Positions 29,650 to 39,356 of a stretch of DNA of 64,000 nt are shown here, piece after piece. The position numbers were made by a program, and so were the translations under genes. The notes under the pieces are model-generated. The model saw only the letters and a program-made list of their open reading frames with translations, was not told the DNA's origin and did not search any database. Where the stretch lies: the IMG/VR virus record IMGVR_UViG_3300028025_000092; one strand, written 5' to 3'. This DNA is from a virus. Position 1 is the first letter of the stretch; each line of letters begins with the position of its first letter.

Positions 29650-30192
29650 TTAGTTAAAAAATTGATTAAAAGAGGGATTTGCAATAGATTCTTGCTCTTC
29701 TTCTTCCATGTCTTCTTCCATGTTCTCTTCCATGTCCTCTTCCATGTTCTCTTCCATGTCTTCGTCTTCCTCTTCTGTTAATTCTTCACCATCAAACTCG
29801 TCTTCGTCTTCTTCATCTATGTTATACTCATCGGCGATTGATTGAAATTCATCTTCATCCATTTCGTAGATATTAGATTCTTCTTGTTCTTCTTCCTCGT
29901 TATCGGAGTCTTCGTCAAATTCCATATCATCAGATTCGGTGTCGTCGTCATCAGATTCTATGTCACCATCCTCAGATTCCATATCGAAAGATCCCTCTGA
30001 TCCTTCGGTTTCCTCATTTTCATCTTCAGTTTCATCATCAGATTCTATAGAGTCCGCACCACCATCAGAGTCCATTTCTGTGTCCATATCCATCTCATCA
30101 TCGGATTCAATTTCAGTGTTATTGTCTTGGTCAAGTGTTCCTTCAGTGTATTGTTTAGAAAACTCCTCAAAACTTAAGATCTTTTTTTCCAT
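29650..30192 (-). CDS. Hyper-acidic (Asp/Glu/Met-rich) protein
   Basis: Long D/E tracts and EEDMEENM repeats; SFEEF leader and SFNQFFN tail; flanked by its own promoter and terminator. Confidence 0.8.
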   Translation of the reverse strand: MEKKILSFEEFSKQYTEGTLDQDNNTEIESDDEMDMDTEMDSDGGADSIESDDETEDENEETEGSEGSFDMESEDGDIESDDDDTESDDMEFDEDSDNEEEEQEESNIYEMDEDEFQSIADEYNIDEEDEDEFDGEELTEEEDEDMEENMEEDMEENMEEDMEEEEQESIANPSFNQFFN

Positions 30193-30210
30193 TTTTGAAT
30201 TATTTATATC

Positions 30211-30218
30211 TATATATC
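30211..30218 (-). promoter_or_regulatory. Putative late promoter GATATATA (minus strand), with TATAAATA at 30201-30208
   Basis: Lies 18 nt before the start at 30192. Confidence 0.7.
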
Positions 30219-30239
30219 TTTTTTCCGTGTATATCCTTA

Positions 30240-30494
30240 CTATTCGCCGGGTTCTCCCATAGAAGCAGCACTTCCTGATTCAACAGCACCATGCCCTGGA
30301 TAATCTATCTTAGATTGATGTTTAAATATTGCATCACCATATCCTACATACTCATAAGGCTTTTCCAGCTTTATTTCGTGGAAAGGAGATCTATCCTCTT
30401 TGCTCATATTTTTAGGATTCCACGGATCGCTTATAACTTTTAGAAATTCTTTGAATTCTAAAATCTCCCTCTTTTTAACGTCTTTCTGATGCAT
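30240..30494 (-). CDS. Small hypothetical protein
   Basis: Co-directional with its neighbours; carries an ILEFKEF motif. Confidence 0.6.
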   Translation of the reverse strand: MHQKDVKKREILEFKEFLKVISDPWNPKNMSKEDRSPFHEIKLEKPYEYVGYGDAIFKHQSKIDYPGHGAVESGSAASMGEPGE

Positions 30495-30508
30495 ATCTTT
30501 TTTAATTT

Positions 30509-31201
30509 TTAGTTTAAGCCTAATAGACTCATTATTCCTCCGCCCATTCCAGTATCCCCAGTTTGAGCTTCCGGTTTAGCAGCTTTAGCTATATCTTTTT
30601 CAGAAAATTTACCACCTCCAAATATATCTTTGAATGATGTACCTTCCCCACATACTACTCCTTCTATCTTTTTATTTATCATCACTGAGAATTCAGTAGT
30701 ATTTAAATAGTTAGTCGCGGTTTCTCTAACCGTTGCTGCTGCCGTTCCTAGAATGCCGCTATTCATGTTAATATCCAGTCCTAATCCTCTAGCCAGTATA
30801 TCTATTGCTTTTTCTTCAAGGGTCTCTTTGAGTCCATCCGCTATTGCCTGAACCCAATATTTGCATGATCCTTCTCCAAAGTAATCTCCTATTTTTGTAA
30901 ATTGAATTTGTTCAACCACGTTCTTTGCAAATTCAGTAAAGAATTCATTATTATCTGGTAGACCCATTTTTTGAAGTAACCATCCTGCAGCATAGTTTTT
31001 CATTCTGTCGGTAAAACCGTCAGAAAGGGTTGAACCTAAGCTTTTTATAAGATCCCAAATTCCTTCATTAATTTCTTCTACAGTGTTTCCCTTAGACACC
31101 ATATCATTATAATGGGCTTCTAATCCCTCAACAAGTCTCACGTATTGTTCGTTGTTAATTGATTCGTCTAATTTGAACTGAGAATATTTGATAACTTTCA
31201 T
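30509..31201 (-). CDS. Putative internal head protein
   Basis: MKVIKYSQFKLDES leader; INEGIWD. Confidence 0.6.
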   Translation of the reverse strand: MKVIKYSQFKLDESINNEQYVRLVEGLEAHYNDMVSKGNTVEEINEGIWDLIKSLGSTLSDGFTDRMKNYAAGWLLQKMGLPDNNEFFTEFAKNVVEQIQFTKIGDYFGEGSCKYWVQAIADGLKETLEEKAIDILARGLGLDINMNSGILGTAAATVRETATNYLNTTEFSVMINKKIEGVVCGEGTSFKDIFGGGKFSEKDIAKAAKPEAQTGDTGMGGGIMSLLGLN

Positions 31202-31218
31202 TCCTACATTCTTTTTAT

Positions 31219-31257
31219 TATATATCTCTCCCTAATAATAAAACCCCTAGATATATA
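31219..31257. promoter_or_regulatory. Back-to-back divergent GATATATA promoters
   Basis: TATATATC at 31219-31226 (minus) and GATATATA at 31250-31257 (plus). Confidence 0.75.
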
Positions 31258-31278
31258 GACATAATTAAAACCCAAGCA

Positions 31279-31884
31279 TTGAAACACCTATTCTCTTATA
31301 AAGATCTATTCGAAAGTACCTCTGCAGGATCACAGGATAGGGGTACGGTGGATTTATCCACTTTTAAATTTGCGATCAATTATGATCCTAGGCTTGGTTA
31401 CACCAAAAAAGATTTCTCAATGGATCTTATTGAGATCTATAAGGGTATGTCAAAAAGGGAAAGATCTGAATTAATGGATGTGATTTTTAAATCAGGTGGG
31501 GTGTTTAGGATTTCAGAGATATCTGAACTTTCCCAAGAAATCGTAGATGAAATCATAAAAAATGTAGAAACCCTTCTGGACAGTAAATCTGTTTATAAAA
31601 TGCAGGTACTCCCTGATGGGTATATTCTTTGTTATGAGGGGTTAAAACATAAAGGAAGGATTTGTGATGTCTATTATTCCCCTTCGGATGAAAAAGTTAA
31701 AATATCATACACTGACACATATCCAGAAATGGAGACTGTTACGATTTCAGCGGAATCTTTTAATCCTTCCTCGGTAAACATCGAAACTGATGATTTCTTA
31801 TCAACAAAAAATAAATGCGATAATTTTATAGGAACAAACCAAATTATAGCATCGAAAGATAGTCCCGATAATTATTCACTATAA
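31279..31884 (+). CDS. Hypothetical protein with a CTS-like leader (TTG start)
   Basis: MKHLFSYKDLFES. Confidence 0.6.
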   Translation: MKHLFSYKDLFESTSAGSQDRGTVDLSTFKFAINYDPRLGYTKKDFSMDLIEIYKGMSKRERSELMDVIFKSGGVFRISEISELSQEIVDEIIKNVETLLDSKSVYKMQVLPDGYILCYEGLKHKGRICDVYYSPSDEKVKISYTDTYPEMETVTISAESFNPSSVNIETDDFLSTKNKCDNFIGTNQIIASKDSPDNYSL

Positions 31885-32572
31885 ATTCTATAGATTTATC
31901 CTTAATTATATCAAAAGATATTTCTTCCTCCCCTTTATTTTTTTCTAGATCTACCATAATAAAACAATGGGAGTTTTTAGGGGATATGCTAATTTCTTTA
32001 TTGAAGAAATCATATATTTTTTTATCGGATTTAGTATACCCCGGAATTGGATCTAAAAGTTCACTAAGGAGTAACCCAACTTGATCTATCTCATCTATTC
32101 TTATTATGGAAAAGGCCCAGGAGTAGATTTTCATCTTTTTATCCTTGTTATTTCTCATAACAACAAAACCCTTATCTTTGGTGAAAATGTCATCGTTGTG
32201 TATTTTAAACCTTATTGATCTTTCTATTTCTTCCAGATAGGGATTTATTTTATCAAGAAATCCATCCAGAACCTCTAGACTACCGTCTAAGATATAATCG
32301 ATCTCCTCATCATTTTGGTTTAATATGGTAAGCTCGTTAATTTTGTCTATTTCATTCTGGGTCATAGATCTAAGCGTTTTATCACTTAATCTGTTAGTCT
32401 TCTGAAAGTTTTTAATATCATTATAAACTCTATTTATTTTTTGAATCTGTTCTGAGTATTTCTTTTGGCCCAGATCGATTTCAACGGATTGCAGAAAATC
32501 CATTAGAACATAATACTTATGCTCAGCATCTATGGGGTTTTGTAAAAACCAATATGGTTGTAAACTCTTCAT
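31844..32572 (-). CDS. Hypothetical protein
   Basis: 242-aa ORF; N-terminus WFLQNPIDAEHKYYVLMDFLQ. Confidence 0.65.
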   Translation of the reverse strand: MKSLQPYWFLQNPIDAEHKYYVLMDFLQSVEIDLGQKKYSEQIQKINRVYNDIKNFQKTNRLSDKTLRSMTQNEIDKINELTILNQNDEEIDYILDGSLEVLDGFLDKINPYLEEIERSIRFKIHNDDIFTKDKGFVVMRNNKDKKMKIYSWAFSIIRIDEIDQVGLLLSELLDPIPGYTKSDKKIYDFFNKEISISPKNSHCFIMVDLEKNKGEEEISFDIIKDKSIEFIVNNYRDYLSML

Positions 32573-32719
32573 TGTTAATAACTATAATATATAACCTAAA
32601 TCCGGTCGGTTTCCTCTATTAAAAAAAATATTTCTGATTTTTGGAAACTTTCCCTAAAAAGGCTGCTAAAATTGTTATCTATTAACATCCTGGGTTATGA
32701 ATATTATCTATAGTCTCTT

Positions 32720-33298
32720 ATGAGCCCCTTTCTTGTAATAGCTTATTATACCCCAGGAAACCATTACGAAGCTCTCTCGGAAAATCTTAAAGAATCTTGT
32801 AAAGAATTTAACCTCCCCCTGGTTTTAAAGCCAATTCAGAATCTAGGATCCTGGGAAAAGAACACACACTATAAGGCAGAATTTATTTACGAATGTCTCC
32901 ATGCATATAACCAAAATCTAGTTTATGTAGACGTTGACGCAGTCTTTAGAAAATATCCAATACTTTTTGAAGAATTAGATTGTGATATAGCATATCGGAC
33001 CGAGAATTTTAGATGGAGAAAAAACGAAGCATTAAGTGGCACCATATTTCTAAATAACAGCGGCAGGGTAAAATCCCTGGTTAAAAGTTGGATCTCAATA
33101 AATGAAGCTAAACCTGCTATTAGAAAATTACCTTCGACTTGGGAGCAAGCTAATATGCAAAGAATAGTTGAAAGGGATCCTTCTATAAATTATTACAATC
33201 TACCTCCCGAGTATACCTATATCTTTGATCATACCAAAAGAATGTACCCGGATATAGAACCGGTAATTGAGCACTTTCAGGCTTCTAGAAAGGTTTGA
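32720..33298 (+). CDS. Nucleotide-diphospho-sugar transferase (GT-A fold)
   Basis: WEKNTHYKAEFI, VYVDVDA (DxD), SGTIF, WEQ and VIEHFQASR. Confidence 0.8.
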   Translation: MSPFLVIAYYTPGNHYEALSENLKESCKEFNLPLVLKPIQNLGSWEKNTHYKAEFIYECLHAYNQNLVYVDVDAVFRKYPILFEELDCDIAYRTENFRWRKNEALSGTIFLNNSGRVKSLVKSWISINEAKPAIRKLPSTWEQANMQRIVERDPSINYYNLPPEYTYIFDHTKRMYPDIEPVIEHFQASRKV

Positions 33299-33304
33299 TA
33301 TATA
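33297..33304 (+). promoter_or_regulatory. Putative late promoter GATATATA heading the glycan operon
   Basis: Lies 19 nt before the ATG at 33324. Confidence 0.7.
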
Positions 33305-33323
33305 AAAAAACAATAAAATAGAG

Positions 33324-34454
33324 ATGTCGTTCGAAAAAGTGAGAAGACTCAGGGTTTCCCTCAGTAATATCTTAAATCCTACACCTAAAGAAAATACAGG
33401 AGAAAAACCCATGAAAGATATTGAGAGTGTAGTCCCTGTAGAGGTTCAAATGACCCCTAGGATAGTTAGCTACTATTCAGATTTTAATGACACAAAATAT
33501 TATGAGAATTTTGCTAAGATCCTGTCAGACCGATGCAAATTATTTAATTTAACTTATGATATAAACGAGCTTCCCTCTAGGGGAAATTACGGCGTGAATT
33601 GCTTAATGAAGCCAGAATTCATCTTAGATAAAATAAAGGAGTATAAGAAGCCCTTGATCTGGATGGACTGTGACACCGATTTCAAAGAGCCCTTTCCCCA
33701 TTTTAATTCAGTTGAAGAAGATATAGGAATGGCGACGCACAGCGGAGAACTTGATGGAATTAAAGCATCCCCCCTGTATTTCAACTACACCAAGGGCGCT
33801 TTTAGAATAATAAGGGAATGGGTAGTTCACTGTAGAGCTTGCTATGATTTAGGAATAACTGAGTTAGACCACGATGCTTTAAAGCATTACGTTTTAGATT
33901 TTCTAAAGGGTTCATACACATCTTATTTATTAACCGAAAACTGGAACGATTTTGTACATGGGCGATACATCTGGAACGGGAACTCAAGGGTTGAAGGAAA
34001 GGTTCAGATTCACAGAAAAGTTGGGGTGAGCGACGATACAAGGAGGTCATATTCACAAAATGTTAAACACATTAAATTATTTTTTGAATCCGATGACGAA
34101 AAGGTATTTAAGTGTGCTCTAAACTTTTTAAATAGATTTTCAAACAGATCAAGATTATCTTTTAATTTTTCACCAAAGCTTCTAGATTTATCCCCAAAAA
34201 ATCCCTATTTTAATTCCCTTGAAATAGAATCAGGAGGATCTGTCCATTTTGGTGATAACAATTTTATTACCACGGATGTAGGTAAAACCGATATTTTAAT
34301 CTCTGTAAATAATGTTAAAGATATTGAAAATGATTGGGACCTTAAAATATTATCAGCGGAAGACAGATTAATTAATCCTCTATATGAATTAAATTTTGAA
34401 GACGAGGGTAGGGGAAGTATTAAAATAAAAACATCTAAAAAAATATGGATATGA
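33324..34454 (+). CDS. Nucleotide-diphospho-sugar transferase paralogue with an extra C-terminal domain
   Basis: NCLMKPEFI and IWMDCDT (DxD); similar to the 32720 ORF. Confidence 0.75.
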   Translation: MSFEKVRRLRVSLSNILNPTPKENTGEKPMKDIESVVPVEVQMTPRIVSYYSDFNDTKYYENFAKILSDRCKLFNLTYDINELPSRGNYGVNCLMKPEFILDKIKEYKKPLIWMDCDTDFKEPFPHFNSVEEDIGMATHSGELDGIKASPLYFNYTKGAFRIIREWVVHCRACYDLGITELDHDALKHYVLDFLKGSYTSYLLTENWNDFVHGRYIWNGNSRVEGKVQIHRKVGVSDDTRRSYSQNVKHIKLFFESDDEKVFKCALNFLNRFSNRSRLSFNFSPKLLDLSPKNPYFNSLEIESGGSVHFGDNNFITTDVGKTDILISVNNVKDIENDWDLKILSAEDRLINPLYELNFEDEGRGSIKIKTSKKIWI

Positions 34455-35296
34455 TAAAAGGAATAGGAATGCCCTTTCCTGCCGAATACTCTTCGTGCTC
34501 AAATATTAAACCTGATACATTCTCATGGACTAATGGCGAATCTGATATACATGTCTACATAGATGATAAGATAATAGAGGGCCTATCGACCCCTAGGCAT
34601 GATTTAAAATTTGGATGGCTTTGCGAATCACCTGCAATAATGCAAGAGATACACTTTGTAATCAAAGAAAATCCCCAAAGATTTAAAAACAAATACGCAG
34701 GCATATTTACTTGCGATTTAGAATTATTAGAGGATCCCTTTTTTATCTACTCTCCTCCCGGATCTAATCTTCCATGGACGAGGACTGAAGAAATGGCTCT
34801 TTATGAAAAAACTAAACACTGTTCTATGATATCCTCTCCAAAGGCAAGAACTGCAGGACATCAATATAGATTAGAGGTTGCTGGATTACTAAAAAATAAA
34901 TTAGATCTTTTTGGGGGTGCACACGGATCTCAGAGAATTGGTGATGGATCAGGTCCTAATCAGGATTGGTGGAGATCAAAGCTACCCGCAATAAAGGACT
35001 ATATGTTTTCAATTGTTTTTGAAAACACGGTACATGATAAGTACTATACCGAAAAAATAACGGACTGCTTTGCCACTGGGACAATTCCAGTTTATTGGGG
35101 TACTAAAAAAGTGACAGAGGATTTTAATCAAGAGGGTATTATATTTTTTGATGATATTAAAGGAGATTTAGAAATATTATCAAAAGATCTGTACGAATCT
35201 AAAATGCCTGCGATAATAGAAAATCTTGGAAGAGTAAAAACCCTAGAATCTGCCGATAATATTATTTATAAAAAAATTAAGTCATGGATTCCATAA
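34445..35296 (+). CDS. GT10-like (alpha-1,3/4-fucosyltransferase-like) glycosyltransferase
   Basis: YMFSIVFEN..YYTEKITDCFATGTIPVYWG. Confidence 0.85.
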   Translation: MDMIKGIGMPFPAEYSSCSNIKPDTFSWTNGESDIHVYIDDKIIEGLSTPRHDLKFGWLCESPAIMQEIHFVIKENPQRFKNKYAGIFTCDLELLEDPFFIYSPPGSNLPWTRTEEMALYEKTKHCSMISSPKARTAGHQYRLEVAGLLKNKLDLFGGAHGSQRIGDGSGPNQDWWRSKLPAIKDYMFSIVFENTVHDKYYTEKITDCFATGTIPVYWGTKKVTEDFNQEGIIFFDDIKGDLEILSKDLYESKMPAIIENLGRVKTLESADNIIYKKIKSWIP

Positions 35297-36123
35297 AAAT
35301 AAATTGGCATTCTAGTATTAATTTTGGAGATGAGTTAAATCCATATCTTATTAAGAAGCTGTGGAATATGGAATCTGTAAAAGTAAACGAGGGGGATGAA
35401 TCACCCCATTTAATGATGTTAGGATCTATATTAAATGAAGCCAATAAAGGAACAATTATAATGGGTGCGGGTTTAGTTGCAAGTGATAGAACATTTACAG
35501 GAAATCCCAAATTCATAGGTCTTAGAGGAAAATTAACCAAAGCTATATTAAAAGAAAGGGGCTTTAAAGTAGATAATGTTTTTCTTGGAGATCCCTCGGT
35601 ATTACTGCCAGAATTTTACAATCCCCATATTGAAAAAAAGTATGATCTGGGAATTATTCCGCATTTAGTTGATTATGAAAATGCTTTAAATATTTTTAAT
35701 GATACTGAAAGATTTTTAGTGATTGATTTAAGAATTGATGAAAATAATACAATAGAGAAAATAATAGATAAAATAAAATCGTGCAAATGTACTATATCAA
35801 GTAGTCTTCATGGATTTATTGTATCTCATGCTTATGGAATACCTGGAACCTGGTGTAAATTTTCTGATAATGTTATAGGAGATGGCTTTAAATTTATTGA
35901 TTATCTTTCTGCTTATACTGATTTATATAACGAGGTACCATTTTTCGATTTAAGGAATTTAGAAAAAGAAGAAATTAATATCGATAAAATTATAGAGTTA
36001 TCATCTATCACTATAATAAACAATCAAATAGAATTAGAAAGAATAAAAGCGGGATTAGAATTAGGAAAATTGAGAATTAACCAGATGAAAAAAAGAAAAA
36101 ATTATCATCGAGTAGTAAATTAG
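35284..36123 (+). CDS. Polysaccharide pyruvyl transferase family protein
   Basis: NFGDELNP, LRGKLT, GDPSVLLP, GIIPH and SSSLHGFIVSHAYGIP. Confidence 0.85.
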   Translation: MDSIKINWHSSINFGDELNPYLIKKLWNMESVKVNEGDESPHLMMLGSILNEANKGTIIMGAGLVASDRTFTGNPKFIGLRGKLTKAILKERGFKVDNVFLGDPSVLLPEFYNPHIEKKYDLGIIPHLVDYENALNIFNDTERFLVIDLRIDENNTIEKIIDKIKSCKCTISSSLHGFIVSHAYGIPGTWCKFSDNVIGDGFKFIDYLSAYTDLYNEVPFFDLRNLEKEEINIDKIIELSSITIINNQIELERIKAGLELGKLRINQMKKRKNYHRVVN

Positions 36124-36125
36124 AT

Positions 36126-36770
36126 ATGAAATTAAATTTAAATAGAGTAACTGCGATTTGTATAGACGGAAGACCCTATGACAAAGAAAGGTACGAGAGA
36201 TACTCTCTTATTCTTAATTTCTTTATTTCAAATGTGGAATTTTCATCGCTACGCATGATATCCACTCATAATCCGGAAATAGAGGGTGTTTCACATACAT
36301 TAATAAAAGAATTTGTAATATCAGATTACTCAAGATTCTGTTTATATAATTTAACAGATTGGGTTAATTCTGAATTTTGTCTTATTTTTCAAGATGACGG
36401 ATTTATACTTAATCCCAACCTATGGAACGATTCTTTTTATGAATATGATTATATCGGATCTCCCTGGCCTCTTTATATGGGTTGGCCAGAAGAAGGAAAA
36501 CAGGTAGGTAACGGAGGATTTTCTTTAAGAAGTAAAAAACTTCTCGAATTTACCAAAACCTTTATAGATCACACAACAGAAAACGAGGATACCTATATAA
36601 TTTCCACGAAAAGAAAAGAGATAGAGAATGAAGGATTAAAAATAGCACCTTTAGAAATTGCTAGACTTTTTTCAATTGAGAATGGTTTAGATAGCGAGCA
36701 TCGATTGGATACTTGTTTTGGATTTCATGCCAAGCATTTATTAAATGATGCAATAAAAATGATACAATAA
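36126..36770 (+). CDS. DUF5672-like putative glycosyltransferase
   Basis: FQDDGFI, YDYIGSPW, VGNGGFSLRS, ED and FGFH. Confidence 0.8.
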   Translation: MKLNLNRVTAICIDGRPYDKERYERYSLILNFFISNVEFSSLRMISTHNPEIEGVSHTLIKEFVISDYSRFCLYNLTDWVNSEFCLIFQDDGFILNPNLWNDSFYEYDYIGSPWPLYMGWPEEGKQVGNGGFSLRSKKLLEFTKTFIDHTTENEDTYIISTKRKEIENEGLKIAPLEIARLFSIENGLDSEHRLDTCFGFHAKHLLNDAIKMIQ

Positions 36771-37495
36771 TGAAAGTAATGGCATACTATCCAGTTCACT
36801 ATGGAGCTGAATATTTTGAGGCATCTATTAAATCAATAGATGATCAGGTTGATAAAATTCTAGTTCTTTATACACCCAAACCTAGCTATGGTCATGTAAC
36901 AGAAAAGCAATGTCCCGAAACAGAAGATGAATTAAAGGAGATAGCATTCGTATCTTCTAATAAAATAGAATGGGTTACTGTAGATGCTGGTAATGAAGGA
37001 AATCACAGAGCATTAGCATACACCAATGCATCTGAATATGATATCATGCTAACACTAGATACCGATGAAGTTTGGGATCCTACCTCCTTAGAAACATGTA
37101 TCAAAGAAACTTATGATGGAGAAGCATGGAGAAGAAATATTTCTGGGTTTATTCATTTTTGGAAATCCTTTAATTGGGTATGTCAAGACGGATTTCAACC
37201 TGCTAGGATTTTTAATCTAAAAAGAAACAACCACCAAGAGGTGTCAATCAATGGAACAATCTATCACTTCGGTTATGCACAGTCTAAAAAAATAATGGAT
37301 TATAAATTTGACATACATGGCCATAAAAATGAGATTAAAGAGGGATGGCTAGAGAATACATATTATGCATGGGAGCCAGGAAAACTTGATTTACATCCTA
37401 CGTGTGGTGTTTGGCCAGAAGCTAAACCCTTTGATAAAAACACACTCCCTGATATTTTAAAATCACATCCTAATTTCAATAAAGAAATAATATAA
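36770..37495 (+). CDS. GT2-like glycosyltransferase
   Basis: SIDDQVDKILV, LDTDEVW and IYHFGY. Confidence 0.7.
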   Translation: MKVMAYYPVHYGAEYFEASIKSIDDQVDKILVLYTPKPSYGHVTEKQCPETEDELKEIAFVSSNKIEWVTVDAGNEGNHRALAYTNASEYDIMLTLDTDEVWDPTSLETCIKETYDGEAWRRNISGFIHFWKSFNWVCQDGFQPARIFNLKRNNHQEVSINGTIYHFGYAQSKKIMDYKFDIHGHKNEIKEGWLENTYYAWEPGKLDLHPTCGVWPEAKPFDKNTLPDILKSHPNFNKEII

Positions 37496-37506
37496 TAAAT
37501 ACAAGA

Positions 37507-38079
37507 ATGAAAAATATAATATCAAAAATACTTGAAATAACTAACGATCAACTAGATTCGATAGATTTAAGTGCATATAAAAAACTAACTAATAGTATAG
37601 ATACACCAAAAGAATGGTTTTATTTAGAATCTGGAAGAGAACATTATAGGTTAATTGCCTATATTAGTACACTATTTCAAGAGAGTCAATTATTAGACAT
37701 TGGAACGTACCAAGGAAGTTCATCTATTGCTATGTCTTATAATAGCAATAATTCTGTAATATCTTTTGATGTAAATCCACAACCAGAAATATCAAGAATT
37801 GATATAAAAAATATAAAATATAATATTGGTAACGTTTTAGATTTTACTGAAATTATATTAAAATCCCCTCTAATTCTATTAGATACCTTTCACGACGGAA
37901 CCTTTGAAAAAGAATTCATTGATAAGCTTACTGAAATTAATTACAAAGGAATAGTATTATTCGATGATATTCATCTTGATGGACCAATGCAGATTTTTTG
38001 GGATTCTATTAGTATTGAAAAATACGATTTAACAGAAAAGGGGCATTATACAGGTACAGGATTGGTTTATTTTAAATAA
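37507..38079 (+). CDS. Class I SAM-dependent methyltransferase
   Basis: LLDIGTYQGSS, LLDTFHDG and VLFDDIH. Confidence 0.8.
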   Translation: MKNIISKILEITNDQLDSIDLSAYKKLTNSIDTPKEWFYLESGREHYRLIAYISTLFQESQLLDIGTYQGSSSIAMSYNSNNSVISFDVNPQPEISRIDIKNIKYNIGNVLDFTEIILKSPLILLDTFHDGTFEKEFIDKLTEINYKGIVLFDDIHLDGPMQIFWDSISIEKYDLTEKGHYTGTGLVYFK

Positions 38080-38091
38080 AAATATAACAAA

Positions 38092-38604
38092 ATGGGAGAA
38101 TTAACAATGGGATCTAGATCCTATGGTAATATTATTAGAAGAGGAGTACATAATTCAATAACTGTCGGAAAATATTGTTCCTTAGCTGCTGGTTTAGTAA
38201 TAGACGGGGGTTTTAGTCATAATACCAAATTCATATCAACATATCCTTTTAATGTCAATTTTAATCAATGTTCCTATCTAACTGGGCATCCGACATGGAA
38301 AGGCGACGTTATTATAGGAAACGATGTTTGGATAGGGGAGGATTGCTTAATAATGAGCGGTGTAACAATAGGAGACGGTTCTGTTATAGGAGCACGTTCG
38401 ATAGTAACAAAAGATATTGATCCATATTCTATAAATGTTGGATCACCTTCCCGTAAGGTTAAGCAACGCTTTAGCGATAATCAAATCTCAGACCTATTAA
38501 AAATCAAATGGTGGGATTGGGAGGAAGATAAAATTATCGAAAATGCACATTTATTAATGAGTGAAGATATAGATCTTTTTATAGAAAAACATAAAATATT
38601 TTAA
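38092..38604 (+). CDS. CatB/Vat-like hexapeptide O-acetyltransferase
   Basis: IIGNDVWIG..GVTIGDGSVIGARSIVTKD and KWWDW. Confidence 0.9.
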   Translation: MGELTMGSRSYGNIIRRGVHNSITVGKYCSLAAGLVIDGGFSHNTKFISTYPFNVNFNQCSYLTGHPTWKGDVIIGNDVWIGEDCLIMSGVTIGDGSVIGARSIVTKDIDPYSINVGSPSRKVKQRFSDNQISDLLKIKWWDWEEDKIIENAHLLMSEDIDLFIEKHKIF

Positions 38605-38609
38605 TATAA

Positions 38610-39347
38610 ATGTCAGTATCAATTAACTACACTGGAAGATTTGGTAATAATATTACCCAATATATTTTTTCAAGAATTTTTGCAGAAAATAATGGGCTTC
38701 AATTAATTAGTGAATTTAATCACAAAAAAGGTCCGATAGAATTTACAACACCCAAGCCAGGAAAAATTGTAAAAGGTGATTTAATAGAGATAACGGATCA
38801 TAACAAAAATATTTTAAATAAAAAATGGGATCAATGTAATTATTCAATTAATGGTTATTTTCAAAAATCAGATTTTTATATCGAAAGACGGGATCAAATC
38901 CTGTCTTTTATTAAAAGTGAAAAAGCTAACTTAAACTATGAAGATATAGTAATGCACGTTAGATTAGGTGATTATTTATTTAAAATTCATCCTAATTGGT
39001 ATTTAGATATATTAAAATCCCAAAAATTTAATAAGCTTTATATTGTAATGGAGGAAAGGGACGAAAAATATCTTTCATATTTTAGCAAATATGATCCAAT
39101 ATGCATATCAACAAATAAGTATGACGATTGGAATTTTATTAAATCATTCGATCGTATAATCTGTTCGAATTCAACTTTTAGCTGGTGGGCATCTTTTTTG
39201 AGTGATGCTAGTAAAATATGGACATTTAATAGGTGGACCGATACTCCCGATTTATATCATTTAAATAAAATACATAACGGGATACCCGTCGATGGTCCTT
39301 TAATAAAAAGCGACATATCAAATACTATTTTAGATCTAGAATATTAA
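38610..39347 (+). CDS. GT11 alpha-1,2-fucosyltransferase-like protein
   Basis: GRFGN..QY, GYFQ, HVRLGDY and NSTFSWWA. Confidence 0.88.
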   Translation: MSVSINYTGRFGNNITQYIFSRIFAENNGLQLISEFNHKKGPIEFTTPKPGKIVKGDLIEITDHNKNILNKKWDQCNYSINGYFQKSDFYIERRDQILSFIKSEKANLNYEDIVMHVRLGDYLFKIHPNWYLDILKSQKFNKLYIVMEERDEKYLSYFSKYDPICISTNKYDDWNFIKSFDRIICSNSTFSWWASFLSDASKIWTFNRWTDTPDLYHLNKIHNGIPVDGPLIKSDISNTILDLEY

Positions 39348-39356
39348 TATAATTAC

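Noticed and set aside
28965-30262. Plus-strand ORFs 28965..29564, 29581..29781 and 29939..30262
   Set aside because: They are antisense shadows of the RimK and acidic-protein genes, which carry the motifs, promoters and terminator.
38092-38604. CatB/Vat as an antibiotic-resistance gene
   Set aside because: Its position among glycosyltransferases makes a sugar O-acetyltransferase more likely.
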